From Myxococcota bacterium (GTDB lineage Bacteria; Myxococcota_A; UBA9160; JAFDDA01), in contig OZ245817.1 in the NCBI GenBank assembly GCA_965228475.1, positions 2,912,001 through 2,976,000 of the forward strand: a stretch of DNA of 64,000 nucleotides. The letters are read 5' to 3'. The position numbers and the translations under genes were made by a program. The stretch's first letter is position 1, and each line of letters starts with the position of its first letter. The notes under the pieces are model-generated. The model was not told the origin of the DNA. It did not search any database and was given only the letters and a program-made list of their open reading frames with translations. Shown piece by piece: positions 18,564-27,383 of this stretch.

Positions 18564-19682
18564 TCAGGCGAGCAGCCGGCGCCTCCTGGCGGCGGCAAGC
18601 AGCGGCAGGAGGACCGCGATCTCCGTTCCGAGGCCGCAGCCCGAGCTCGCCTCGACGTCTCCGTCGGCGCTCGCGCACTGCGGGTCGTTCGGGAAGTCGA
18701 TCAGGCCGTCGTTGTCGTTGTCGATCCCGTCGGCGCACTGGAAGGCCTCGGAGGGATCGTTGAGTCCCTTGCAGCCCGGGTCGTCGGGGTGGTCCGCGAG
18801 GCCGTCGCCGTCGTTGTCGATCCCGTCGTCGCAGGCGAGCGCGAGGGAGTACTCGGATTCGTCCGAGGCGCCGTCGCAGCCCGGGTCGTCGAAGCCCAGG
18901 CCCAGGTTCCCACCGTCATGGTCGGCGCGGCCGTCGCCATCGTTGTCGTAGCCGTCCTGGCAATCCGGCACGTCGAGGTTGGCCTCGACCCACGCGACGG
19001 CGGTGTCCAGGGTCGACTGGAACTCGTTGTACGCGAAGACCATCCAGAAGCGCGGGGAAGGCGCGACTGCGTCCGCGGCGAGCACCGGGTCGATGGACGC
19101 CTCGAGGGCAACGAGGTAGATGCCGCTCGCTGCGCCGCCGGTCGGCCGCAGGTGGTAGTCGATGTGGCGGTGGATGCCTCCGGTGGAGGGCTCCGTCGCG
19201 ATCAGGAAACCGGAGACCGGTGCCGTTCCTCCGTCCGCGATGGCCAGGTTGGCGCCACGGGAAATCTCGACGGTCTCACTCCCTGGGACCGGCCCCCAGC
19301 TGACGGCGCCGTCGCCGTCCCAGTAGGAGAGGTTCCGCCCCGTCAGGGGCTCCACCACGATGTCGAAGTAGAGATCAGCGTCGTCCGGCAGGCCGACCAT
19401 CCCCGGCGGGGAGTCGTTCGAAGTGTGGCCCGGCGCGTCCGTCCACAGCCCGCCCTGGCCCGAGTTGAAGTTGAACGTGTCCGAGAAGACGCGGACGTCG
19501 GGAACGAGCTGCAAGAGGTCGAAATCGGTGGCGCCCGTCTTCACGTGGCCGTCATCGATCCCGTAGAGCATGTCGAGGTGCTGGGCGTTCGAGGGCCCTG
19601 CCGTGAAAGCGAACCCCGCCAGGATTGCGGCCCCAAGCTGGACCTTCGCGATCCGCAACCGATTCGACGCCCGGTTCGACAC
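18564..19682 (-). CDS. Surface protein paralogous to the PEP-CTERM protein, with three Ca-binding CxDGxDNDxDG repeats and a GCGLG (MYXO-CTERM-like) anchor
   Basis: GTG with GGAGG RBS; SNA-QHLD; LSYWDG; IHRHIDY; C-terminal SSGCGLGTEIAVLLPLLAAARRRR. Confidence 0.82.
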   Translation of the reverse strand: MSNRASNRLRIAKVQLGAAILAGFAFTAGPSNAQHLDMLYGIDDGHVKTGATDFDLLQLVPDVRVFSDTFNFNSGQGGLWTDAPGHTSNDSPPGMVGLPDDADLYFDIVVEPLTGRNLSYWDGDGAVSWGPVPGSETVEISRGANLAIADGGTAPVSGFLIATEPSTGGIHRHIDYHLRPTGGAASGIYLVALEASIDPVLAADAVAPSPRFWMVFAYNEFQSTLDTAVAWVEANLDVPDCQDGYDNDGDGRADHDGGNLGLGFDDPGCDGASDESEYSLALACDDGIDNDGDGLADHPDDPGCKGLNDPSEAFQCADGIDNDNDGLIDFPNDPQCASADGDVEASSGCGLGTEIAVLLPLLAAARRRRLLA

Positions 19683-19739
19683 CCAGTACCTCCCTCCGCG
19701 CTCGTGTGCGCACTTGTGCACAGGTCCGTGCGGTGAGGT

Positions 19740-19765
19740 AGTGCCGGCCGGCCCCGAAGGGTTCC
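19740..19765 (-). promoter_or_regulatory. ECF-type promoter motif copy 2
   Basis: GGAACC-N13-CGGCACT. Confidence 0.6.
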
Positions 19766-19812
19766 CGTCGATCCCCGCTTTTCTCGTCAGAACGAGGCCC
19801 CCTAGACCGATC

Positions 19813-19838
19813 GGAACGCATCGAGTAGGGTCGGCGCT
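19813..19838 (+). promoter_or_regulatory. ECF-type promoter motif copy 3 (degenerate)
   Basis: GGAACG-N13-CGGCGCT, abutting ATG 19840. Confidence 0.4.
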
Positions 19839-19839
19839 C

Positions 19840-20163
19840 ATGGGCCTCCGTCGAACCAGCACGTGGATCCTGATCGCGAGCTTCATTGCGTCCGTGCATC
19901 TGATGCCGGGCGTTCACGAGCTCTCGCACGACGGACATCCCGCGCACGCGGAAGCGAGTGACAACGCGGAGACCTCTGCCGCCGAGGCGGAGTGCGATTT
20001 CTGCGCGCTCTTGTCCGGTGCCCGGCTCGGACTCACGGGAGCCTCGAGCCACGCGGATCGCACCGTCCCTGCTCCGACCCGCCTCGAGGCTCTTCCGGAA
20101 AGCCCGCACTTCGCTGCGCGCTTCGATTCGCCCGCCTCGCCGAGAGCCCCGCCCGCCGCCTAG
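19840..20163 (+). CDS. DUF2946-like leader protein (hydrophobic N-terminus, His cluster, CxxC, C-terminal RAPP)
   Basis: HELSHDGHPAH...ECDFCALL...SPRAPPAA-stop. Confidence 0.78.
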   Translation: MGLRRTSTWILIASFIASVHLMPGVHELSHDGHPAHAEASDNAETSAAEAECDFCALLSGARLGLTGASSHADRTVPAPTRLEALPESPHFAARFDSPASPRAPPAA

Positions 20164-20178
20164 TACCTGGGCTGTGGC

Positions 20179-20198
20179 AGGGACGCACCTGCGTCCCT
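20179..20198 (+). promoter_or_regulatory. Hairpin between the RAPP leader and the ECF gene
   Basis: AGGGACGCA-CC-TGCGTCCCT, starting 16 nt after the leader stop. Confidence 0.5.
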
Positions 20199-20231
20199 TG
20201 GTTCCGACTTCGAACCTGCGGGCGAACCGCC

Positions 20232-20837
20232 ATGAAAACATCGACCTGTCGAGACGGGGGCGCACTCCGCTCCCATTCAGGTTCCGTGCACCGCCGAGAG
20301 GCCGACCGCCTCGAGTCCGTGCGCGATCATCTCAGTGAACTCCGTTCCGTCGCCACGCGCGTGCTGGGCTGTCGGGACGCGGCCGAGGATGCCGTTCAGG
20401 AGGCCCTCGTCACGCTGTGGGGCCTGCGCGATTCGCCGCCGAACCAGCGCGCGTGGCTCGTCCGGACCGTCCTGCATCGGAGCCTTCACGCGCGCCGCAC
20501 CGCGATGCGCAGGCGGAAGTGGGAGACGCGCGCGGGCGAGGAGCTGACCCGTTGGTGCGCCCTCTGCGCCCCCGGCGACGAGCTCGAGCGGCGGGAGCTG
20601 AGGCGCACGCTCGACCGCGCCCTCGAGGGCCTCTCGGAGGAGCACCGCACGGTGCTCGCGCTGCGCGAGATCGAAGACCTCGACTACGAGGAGATCTCCC
20701 GCGCGCTGGAGGTCCCGGTCGGAACGGTGCGATCCCGGCTGAACCGGGCCCGGGCCGCCTTCCGGTCGCAGCTGCAGAGCCAGGCGTCGGCCCTGGGGCA
20801 CGAGGCGCCGCAACCCGCCCGCCAGGGGATGCGATGA
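20232..20837 (+). CDS. ECF sigma factor with linker CxxC
   Basis: AEDAVQEA, RAWL, LREIEDLDYEEIS...GTVRSRLNRAR; WCALC between regions 2 and 4. Confidence 0.9.
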   Translation: MKTSTCRDGGALRSHSGSVHRREADRLESVRDHLSELRSVATRVLGCRDAAEDAVQEALVTLWGLRDSPPNQRAWLVRTVLHRSLHARRTAMRRRKWETRAGEELTRWCALCAPGDELERRELRRTLDRALEGLSEEHRTVLALREIEDLDYEEISRALEVPVGTVRSRLNRARAAFRSQLQSQASALGHEAPQPARQGMR

Positions 20838-22777
20838 GCTGCGCCGCACGCATGGCGGCGCTGATCCTGGCGCTCGGGCTGGTTCCCGGTGTCGCCGCCG
20901 CGGCCAAGGGCGACCGCTCGGTCCGCATCGGCACCCATGCTCGCGTGCTTCTCGAGCAGGCGGTGACGCGCGTCTCCGTGGCGGACCCGTCGATCGTCGA
21001 CGTCCAGATCCTGAACGCGCGGGAGCTCCTGGTGCTGGGGCGCCGCGTCGGCCAGACCAACGTGATCCTCTGGCTCGACGACGGCTCCGTCGACGACCGG
21101 CTCTGGACGGTCCACCGCGACCTCTCCTTGCTGAACTCCGTGCTGCGCGACATCCACCGCGGCGTGCGCGCCGAGAGCGCCGCCGATCGCGACGCGATCG
21201 TGCTGCGCGGCCGCGTGCCGAACGTCCGCTTCTCGCGCGCCGCCGAGGAGGCCGCGCTGCGCTTCTTCTCGGGCGGCGCCACGCAGACCGAGGGCGGGCT
21301 CGTCGTCCAGGTGCCCGGTGGCGGAGCGCCGGAGCCCTCGGGTGGGGCCTCGGCCCAGGAAGGCGAAGGGGCGGCCGAGCCGGCCGTCCGCGCGGCGACG
21401 AGCCGCCGAACCACCGGCCAGACCGTGCGCGTTCTCAACCTGATCCGCGTTCAGGAGCTCCCCGAGACCCTCGAGGAACGGATCCTCTCGGCCACCCGCC
21501 CGATCGGAGGCGAAGAGGTGCGGGTGCGCCGGATCGCCCGGGGCGACGCACCCGACGACCGTGCGGACAGCTTCATCCTGGAAGGACACGTCCAGAACCA
21601 GGTCACCCTCGTCCGCGTCCTGACCGTCGCCGCGCAGGTGCTCGGCGGCGGGGCCGGCACGACGGACATCCGCACGATTGCCGACGAGGCCGGTTCCCTG
21701 CGACAGGGCGGCGGCGGGGGCGGCAGCGGCGGAAACGTCGCCGCCGTGGTCTCGACCGCGGGCAGCCGCTCGGGAGGCGCCGGGGGGTCGAGCAGCGTGC
21801 GAACCAATCCGGCCCGGGCGCCCGCGCTGACCGCGGCCGGCGGCCGGATCCTCTCGTTCCTGGAAGTGCGCGACCTCCCGCAGGTCCGGATCGAGGCGCG
21901 CCTCTACGAGGTCAGCCGGGCGCGGCTCCGGGACTGGGATCCGAGTGCGAACCTGCTGCTCGGCGATTTCTCGCAGGGCGCGCTCCTGCCCTCTCCTCTC
22001 GCCGCCCTCTCCCAGGGCGCCGGAGCCGCGAGCGTGGGCACCGGGAGCTCGACCGTCCAGAACGTGCTCTCCCTGATCGGCGGCGGCCTCGCAAACAGCT
22101 TCCAGGTCCAGAGCGGCATCGTCGCACTCGACCTGCTCTTCTCCCTCCTCGAAGAGGAAGGGATCGCGCGCAGCCTCGCCACGCCGTCGCTCACGGTGCT
22201 CTCGGGCGAAACGGCGAACCTGAACGTCGGAGGCCAGATCCCGATCGCCACGACGATCGAGACCCAGACGAGCGCCGCCAGCGGCACGCTCTTCAGCTCC
22301 ACGGTCTTCGCCGACTTCGGCGTCAACCTGAGCGTGGTGCCCCGGGTGGGCGAGAACGACTTCGTGACCCTCGACGTCACGCCGAGCATCTCGGCGCCGG
22401 ACCTCACGTTGACCTCGAACATCTCGAACGCCACGGGCGCGACCCAGACGACGACCGCCTTCGAGACGCGCAGCCTCAGCACGAGCGCGCGCCTCCTCGA
22501 CGGCCACGCCCTGGTCCTCGCGGGGCTGCTCCAGCAGAACGCCTCCGAGGACGCGCGTTTCACCCCGGGGCTCCACCGCGTTCCGGGCCTCGGCTGGCTG
22601 GCACGCAGCCAGGGGCGCCAGCGGGACGACCTCGAACTGGTGATCGTGATCAGCCCGAACATCGTGCGCGACCCGGCCCCGCGGGTTGCGCTCTGGGAGT
22701 TCGCCTCGACGGCGGAGCTCTTGCGAGACGACCTACCGGCGATCCCGGCCCCGCGGCCGGCGCCGGTGATTCCCTGA
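20834..22777 (+). CDS. cpaC: Tad secretin CpaC/RcpA
   Basis: RVSVADPSIVDV...GQTNVILW; QVRIEARLYEVSR; LATPSLTVLSGETA...GGQIP; ELVIVISPNIV. Confidence 0.88.
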   Translation: MSCAARMAALILALGLVPGVAAAAKGDRSVRIGTHARVLLEQAVTRVSVADPSIVDVQILNARELLVLGRRVGQTNVILWLDDGSVDDRLWTVHRDLSLLNSVLRDIHRGVRAESAADRDAIVLRGRVPNVRFSRAAEEAALRFFSGGATQTEGGLVVQVPGGGAPEPSGGASAQEGEGAAEPAVRAATSRRTTGQTVRVLNLIRVQELPETLEERILSATRPIGGEEVRVRRIARGDAPDDRADSFILEGHVQNQVTLVRVLTVAAQVLGGGAGTTDIRTIADEAGSLRQGGGGGGSGGNVAAVVSTAGSRSGGAGGSSSVRTNPARAPALTAAGGRILSFLEVRDLPQVRIEARLYEVSRARLRDWDPSANLLLGDFSQGALLPSPLAALSQGAGAASVGTGSSTVQNVLSLIGGGLANSFQVQSGIVALDLLFSLLEEEGIARSLATPSLTVLSGETANLNVGGQIPIATTIETQTSAASGTLFSSTVFADFGVNLSVVPRVGENDFVTLDVTPSISAPDLTLTSNISNATGATQTTTAFETRSLSTSARLLDGHALVLAGLLQQNASEDARFTPGLHRVPGLGWLARSQGRQRDDLELVIVISPNIVRDPAPRVALWEFASTAELLRDDLPAIPAPRPAPVIP

Positions 22778-22829
22778 CGAGAAGTGAAGACCGCCCGGTG
22801 AGCGCACCGGGCACCAAGGAGGAAGAAGG

Positions 22830-23246
22830 ATGCGATTGAAGAAGCGCGGACTGCGGGACGAGCGAGGTGCCGCCCTGGCCGAGTACGGACTGCTGCTCGC
22901 CGGCGTCGCGATGGTCTGCATGCTGGCCGTCTCGGTGCTCGGCACGAAGGTCGGCGGCCTGATCGGCTCGGTGGCGACGATGATCCCGGGAACCACCATC
23001 GACCTCGATGCCCCGGTGCTCGTGGGCACGCTGCTCGAGACCCAGGCCACGGACATCAACGGCGACCAGATCAAGGAGATCAACATGCCGCTCGACTCCG
23101 TGGTCGACCGCAACTCGGCCACCGTGCGCGAAGAGGGCCTCTCGCCTCGCCTCGGCCAGGGCATGGGACTCGACCCGCACGCCACCTCCCACGCGGTCCA
23201 GGTGGGATCGGGCCAGAACCCCTTCCACGCCGGCGGCGGGAACTAG
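22830..23246 (+). CDS. flp: Flp type IVb pilin with long C-terminal extension
   Basis: DERG/AALAEYGLLL Flp motif; strong AAGGAGG RBS; 138 aa. Confidence 0.82.
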   Translation: MRLKKRGLRDERGAALAEYGLLLAGVAMVCMLAVSVLGTKVGGLIGSVATMIPGTTIDLDAPVLVGTLLETQATDINGDQIKEINMPLDSVVDRNSATVREEGLSPRLGQGMGLDPHATSHAVQVGSGQNPFHAGGGN

Positions 23247-23265
23247 CGGAGCCGAGAGCGGGAAC

Positions 23266-24228
23266 GTGGATCGGCGTCGACGCAGAGAAGGCGGGGGCGT
23301 GCTGCTCGAGTTCGCCCTCGTGATGGGCGTGCTCTGGATGCTGGTGGCCGGGACCATCGAGCTCGGTCGCATGGTCGCGGCCGGCCACCTCATCCAGGGC
23401 GCCGCCCGTTCCGTGGCGCGAAGCATGGCGCTCGAGCCAACGGGTGCGAACACGTCCTTCGCGATGGCGATCCAGAACTTCTTCGACCCCGACTACCTCG
23501 TGATCGACATGGCCGCGTGCAGGGCCTTGGACATCACACCCGAGCAGCTCGCTCGCGGTGACGAGGCCGAGGAGTTCGACGGACTCCCGCTCCTGAACCG
23601 CCTGCTCTTTCCGCTGATGATTCGGGAAGACCGGGACGTCGATGGCGAAGAACGCAGCTTCCTGCGCTATCCGGGGACGCTCGTTCGACACCTCTCCGCG
23701 CCGCCGGCCAAGCCCTGCGCCACCGCCTACACGGTGGCCGTCCCCGAGCTCCGCTCGGAAGGCGGCTCGACGCGGGTGTGTTGGCACCGGGTGGTCGAAG
23801 AGCTCGTGAGTGGCGGGACGGACGGGACTCGTTTCGCGCTGTCCTGTGCGGGCGAACCCTGCGGGATGGCCGGCGTCCAGGTTCGCTTCCCGTTCCAATC
23901 GGCCGCATTCCCCGCATGGCGGGAGACCGGAGAGATCCTCCCCGACGGCCGGCCGCAACAGCGCGTCGCCGCCTGGAACGAAGGCGCGCCCGGCGAGCCC
24001 ATCTCCGCCAGCGGAGGCAGCGAAGGCTGTTCGGATCTCTCCGGGAAGTTCGACAACACCGCGCGCGTCGGGATCCTCGGCATCGAGGACGGCCGCGTCG
24101 ACGCCTACGGCGGCCCGCTCGGCCTGGGCGCCCTCCGCGTCCTCCCCGAGATCGCCTCGGGGCCGAGCCGCGCCTATCGCAAGGTGCTCGCCGGGAGCGC
24201 CCTCTACCCCCGCGAAGGATTCCTCTGA
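23266..24228 (+). CDS. TadE-like pseudopilin with large Cys-containing domain
   Basis: EGG/GVLLEFALV...TIELGR...AARSVAR. Confidence 0.78.
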   Translation: MDRRRRREGGGVLLEFALVMGVLWMLVAGTIELGRMVAAGHLIQGAARSVARSMALEPTGANTSFAMAIQNFFDPDYLVIDMAACRALDITPEQLARGDEAEEFDGLPLLNRLLFPLMIREDRDVDGEERSFLRYPGTLVRHLSAPPAKPCATAYTVAVPELRSEGGSTRVCWHRVVEELVSGGTDGTRFALSCAGEPCGMAGVQVRFPFQSAAFPAWRETGEILPDGRPQQRVAAWNEGAPGEPISASGGSEGCSDLSGKFDNTARVGILGIEDGRVDAYGGPLGLGALRVLPEIASGPSRAYRKVLAGSALYPREGFL

Positions 24229-25094
24229 TGCGACGACGATCGAGCACGTTTTCCGACTGGCCCTTCCGGCTCGGCCTCGTGGCGTTTGCCGCGCTCGGCG
24301 CCGCCCTCGTGTACGTCGTGGCCGAGCGTTCGAACGACGACTCCGATCGGCTGGCCGGCCCGCCGCCGGGGACCACCGCCGTCCCGGTCCTCGCCCGCCC
24401 GCTTCCCGCGTTCACCGCGATCGAGCTCGAGCATCTGATCGATCCGGCCACGGGCGGGTTCGCCGCGATCTACCTCCCGACGGATTCCCTCTTCGACTCC
24501 ACGCTCACGGAGCCCCAGGCCCTGCTCGGCCGCGTGCTGGCCAACGACAAGCGGGCCGGCCTCGTGTTCTCGGAGAACGACTTCATGCCTCGCGGCACGC
24601 GGCCCGGCCTGGTCGCCGGCATCCCGGCCGGGAAGCGCGCCGTTCGCCTCGAGGCGAGTCGCGTCTCGGGCCTGGTCGGTCTCCGCCGGGGCGATCGGCT
24701 CGATCTCATGGTGAGCGGCCGGAGCCGGAACGCCGCGGCGCGCCCGGGCCAGCTCCTCGGCCGCCGCAGCCGCGCCGTGGTCCAGAACGGCATGATCGTC
24801 GAGCCCGCGCGGGCGCGCCGGTCGGCGGCCGACGGCAAGATCATCGAGGAGGTCGTGATCGCGATCGATCCTTCGGAGGTCGCCGGCCTGACGGCCGCGC
24901 TCGACGACGGACTGCGCATCGACACCCTGCCCCGCTCCGGCCAGGGAGGCGCCACCCAGGAAGAGGACGCCTACGGCGGCCGCGCCCACGAGGAGATTGC
25001 CGAGATCGACCTCATCCGCGGAACGCGCCGCACCGTCGAGACCACCACCGGCGGGCCGCGCCCTCCGGCCGTCGCCAGCGGCCCTCCTCTCTGA
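24228..25094 (+). CDS. cpaB: CpaB/RcpC (SAF domain)
   Basis: TM helix, VPVLARPLPAFT, IPAGKRAVRL...SGLVGLRRGDRLDL. Confidence 0.8.
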   Translation: MRRRSSTFSDWPFRLGLVAFAALGAALVYVVAERSNDDSDRLAGPPPGTTAVPVLARPLPAFTAIELEHLIDPATGGFAAIYLPTDSLFDSTLTEPQALLGRVLANDKRAGLVFSENDFMPRGTRPGLVAGIPAGKRAVRLEASRVSGLVGLRRGDRLDLMVSGRSRNAAARPGQLLGRRSRAVVQNGMIVEPARARRSAADGKIIEEVVIAIDPSEVAGLTAALDDGLRIDTLPRSGQGGATQEEDAYGGRAHEEIAEIDLIRGTRRTVETTTGGPRPPAVASGPPL

Positions 25095-25097
25095 CCC

Positions 25098-26189
25098 ATG
25101 CTGGCCTGGTTCTCGCTCCTCCTGTTCGCCCTGATGGGCGTCTCGGCCCTCGCGCTCGACCTGGGCGTGGCGCGCCTGGCCCAGACGCGCCTCGAGACCG
25201 CGGCCGAGTTCGCGGCCCTCGGGCGCACCCACGGCATGACGGAGGCGGAGCTGCGCGCACTCGCCGGCGAGGTGCTGGCGGAAGGGGTCACGCCCGCGAG
25301 CCGGGTTCGCCTCGGCCCGATCGGCCCCCTCGACCCGGCCGACGCGGGCTGCCCGGGCAACCTGCCGGCGGAGGCCGGAACCCCCGCGGTCCTCGCGCGG
25401 CGCATCCCCCTGCTCTTCGGCCACGGCAGCATGGTGGCCTTCGCCTCCCCGACCGGCCTCACCGACATCCTCGCGATTCGGAACGATCCCACCATCGAAG
25501 ATCCGGCCGACCGCAACCCGACACCGGTCCTCCCCGATGCATCGCTTCCACCGGACGTCCTCGCCCTGCGCGAACAGGGCCTGTGCGTCGACGGTCGCGG
25601 CCAGGCGGAGCTCGTCCCGGCCCTCGCCGTCGCGGGCGTCACCCAGCGCACGCTGCCCGGCGGGCTGCGAGGGCTGGCGGTTGCCATCAACAGCGACCTG
25701 TGGCTCAGCCGAGAGGCCACCCTCGAGACGGAGTGCACCGCGGACCGCCAAGCAGGCCCGTGGTTCGAGGTCCAGGCAATTCCGGGCGGATGCGACTCGG
25801 GAGTCGAAGCATGTTCGATCCCCGTCGGAGACGAAGCCTTCCACATCGGGGCGACGGTGGAAGGCGATCCCCGCAACCTCGCAGCGGCCCCGGAACCGCT
25901 GGAACCCGACCTGCATCAGCGGGTCATCGCACCGCTCAGCCGCGGCGGGGTGACCGAGGGCTTCGTCGCGCTCTGTGCGCGTCTCAAGGACGCCCGGATC
26001 TACGTCTCACCTCGCTGGAACGACGCTCCGACCCGGTTCACCTCCTACACGGCCGAGGTCCGGCGCGATCCGATGGTTCTGAGCCGGCTGACCACCGATC
26101 CCACCGATCTCGAACCGCACCCGCTCGACGGCAACCTCCGCCCTCTCGTCCAATCCGCGCGCCTGACACTCCCGGAGGCCGGCTCGTGA
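25098..26189 (+). CDS. TadG-like minor pilin
   Basis: ALALDLGVARLAQTRLETAAEFAALG N-terminal Tad motif. Confidence 0.65.
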   Translation: MLAWFSLLLFALMGVSALALDLGVARLAQTRLETAAEFAALGRTHGMTEAELRALAGEVLAEGVTPASRVRLGPIGPLDPADAGCPGNLPAEAGTPAVLARRIPLLFGHGSMVAFASPTGLTDILAIRNDPTIEDPADRNPTPVLPDASLPPDVLALREQGLCVDGRGQAELVPALAVAGVTQRTLPGGLRGLAVAINSDLWLSREATLETECTADRQAGPWFEVQAIPGGCDSGVEACSIPVGDEAFHIGATVEGDPRNLAAAPEPLEPDLHQRVIAPLSRGGVTEGFVALCARLKDARIYVSPRWNDAPTRFTSYTAEVRRDPMVLSRLTTDPTDLEPHPLDGNLRPLVQSARLTLPEAGS

Positions 26190-27367
26190 GTTCGGGGCGC
26201 ATCGAGATCCTCGTCGTCGGCACCGACGCCTCGCTGCTCGACGAGCTCGACCAGGCCGCGACCGGCACCGAGGAGGTCCAGCCCTCGATCCGCTTCGCCG
26301 AAGGCCCGCGCGACGCTCTCGCGACGGCGCGACGGCGGCGCGTGGACCTCGTCTGCATCGAACTCGGGAGCGATCCCAAGCCGGTGCGCGAACTCGCCGC
26401 AGAACTCCGCGCCATCGACCCGGGCGTGGCGCTCCTCGGGCTCCACGCGGGCGGCGAGGAGCACGCCGAGAGCCCGGTTCTCATCGAGGCGGTGCGCTCG
26501 CGTTTCGTCGACGTGCTGCGGCGCCCGATCTCCGGAACGGAGCTTCGCCCGATCCTGCGTGACCTCGGCGAGACGACGACCGAGCGACGCCGGGCCGAGG
26601 GCACCCTCGTGGCCTTCCACAGCACGAAGGGTGGCGTCGGCAAGTCGACCCTCGCGATCAACACCGCCTGCGCCCTCGCCGAGAGCCGGCCCGGCCGGGT
26701 GCTGCTCGTCGATGCCTCGCTCCAGCTCGGGGTCTGCGCGGCCGCACTCGATCTCGCCCCGGAGACGAGCCTCGCCGACGCCGCCCGCGAATGCGAACGG
26801 CTCGACGCCGGCCTGCTGCGCGGCCTGACCGCGCGGCACGAAAGCGGGCTCCACCTCCTGGCCGCGCCGCGGGATGCCGTCGAGGCCGCCGAGGTCGACG
26901 AAGCGGCACTCTCGCGCGTCCTCGGTACGGCCCGCCAGTGCTTCGACGTCGTGATCGTGGACACGCTGCCCATGGTCGACGAGCTGATGATCGCGATCCT
27001 CGATCAGGCCGAACGGATCTTCCTGGTGAACCAGGCCACGGTGCCCGACGTGATCGGCGCGAGCCGCCTGCTCGACGTCCTGCGCCGCCTCGAGATCGAC
27101 CCGGAACGCTGGCGCATCGTGGTGAACCGCACGATGCCGCGCTTCCCGGGCGCCCTCGGCACCCGCGAGATCGAAGCCCGCCTCGACATGCCCGTCGGCT
27201 ACGAGGTGCCCTTCGACCGCCGCGTGCTGAGCGCCCTCAACCTCGGCGAACCCTACGTCCTGCGCGCGAGCCAGCGCCGCGGCTGGGGCCGCGCGGTGGC
27301 GGGAATCGTCGCGGACGTCGAGCGCGCCCTCGAGATGGTGCGCTCCGAGCGGGGCGCGGACCGATGA
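26186..27367 (+). CDS. cpaE: CpaE/TadZ (atypical receiver + MinD-like ATPase)
   Basis: Receiver-like N-terminus; HSTKGGVGKSTLAIN; VLLVDASLQLG; FDVVIVDT. Confidence 0.88.
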   Translation: MSSGRIEILVVGTDASLLDELDQAATGTEEVQPSIRFAEGPRDALATARRRRVDLVCIELGSDPKPVRELAAELRAIDPGVALLGLHAGGEEHAESPVLIEAVRSRFVDVLRRPISGTELRPILRDLGETTTERRRAEGTLVAFHSTKGGVGKSTLAINTACALAESRPGRVLLVDASLQLGVCAAALDLAPETSLADAARECERLDAGLLRGLTARHESGLHLLAAPRDAVEAAEVDEAALSRVLGTARQCFDVVIVDTLPMVDELMIAILDQAERIFLVNQATVPDVIGASRLLDVLRRLEIDPERWRIVVNRTMPRFPGALGTREIEARLDMPVGYEVPFDRRVLSALNLGEPYVLRASQRRGWGRAVAGIVADVERALEMVRSERGADR

Positions 27368-27383
27368 GCAGACGGAGGATGCC

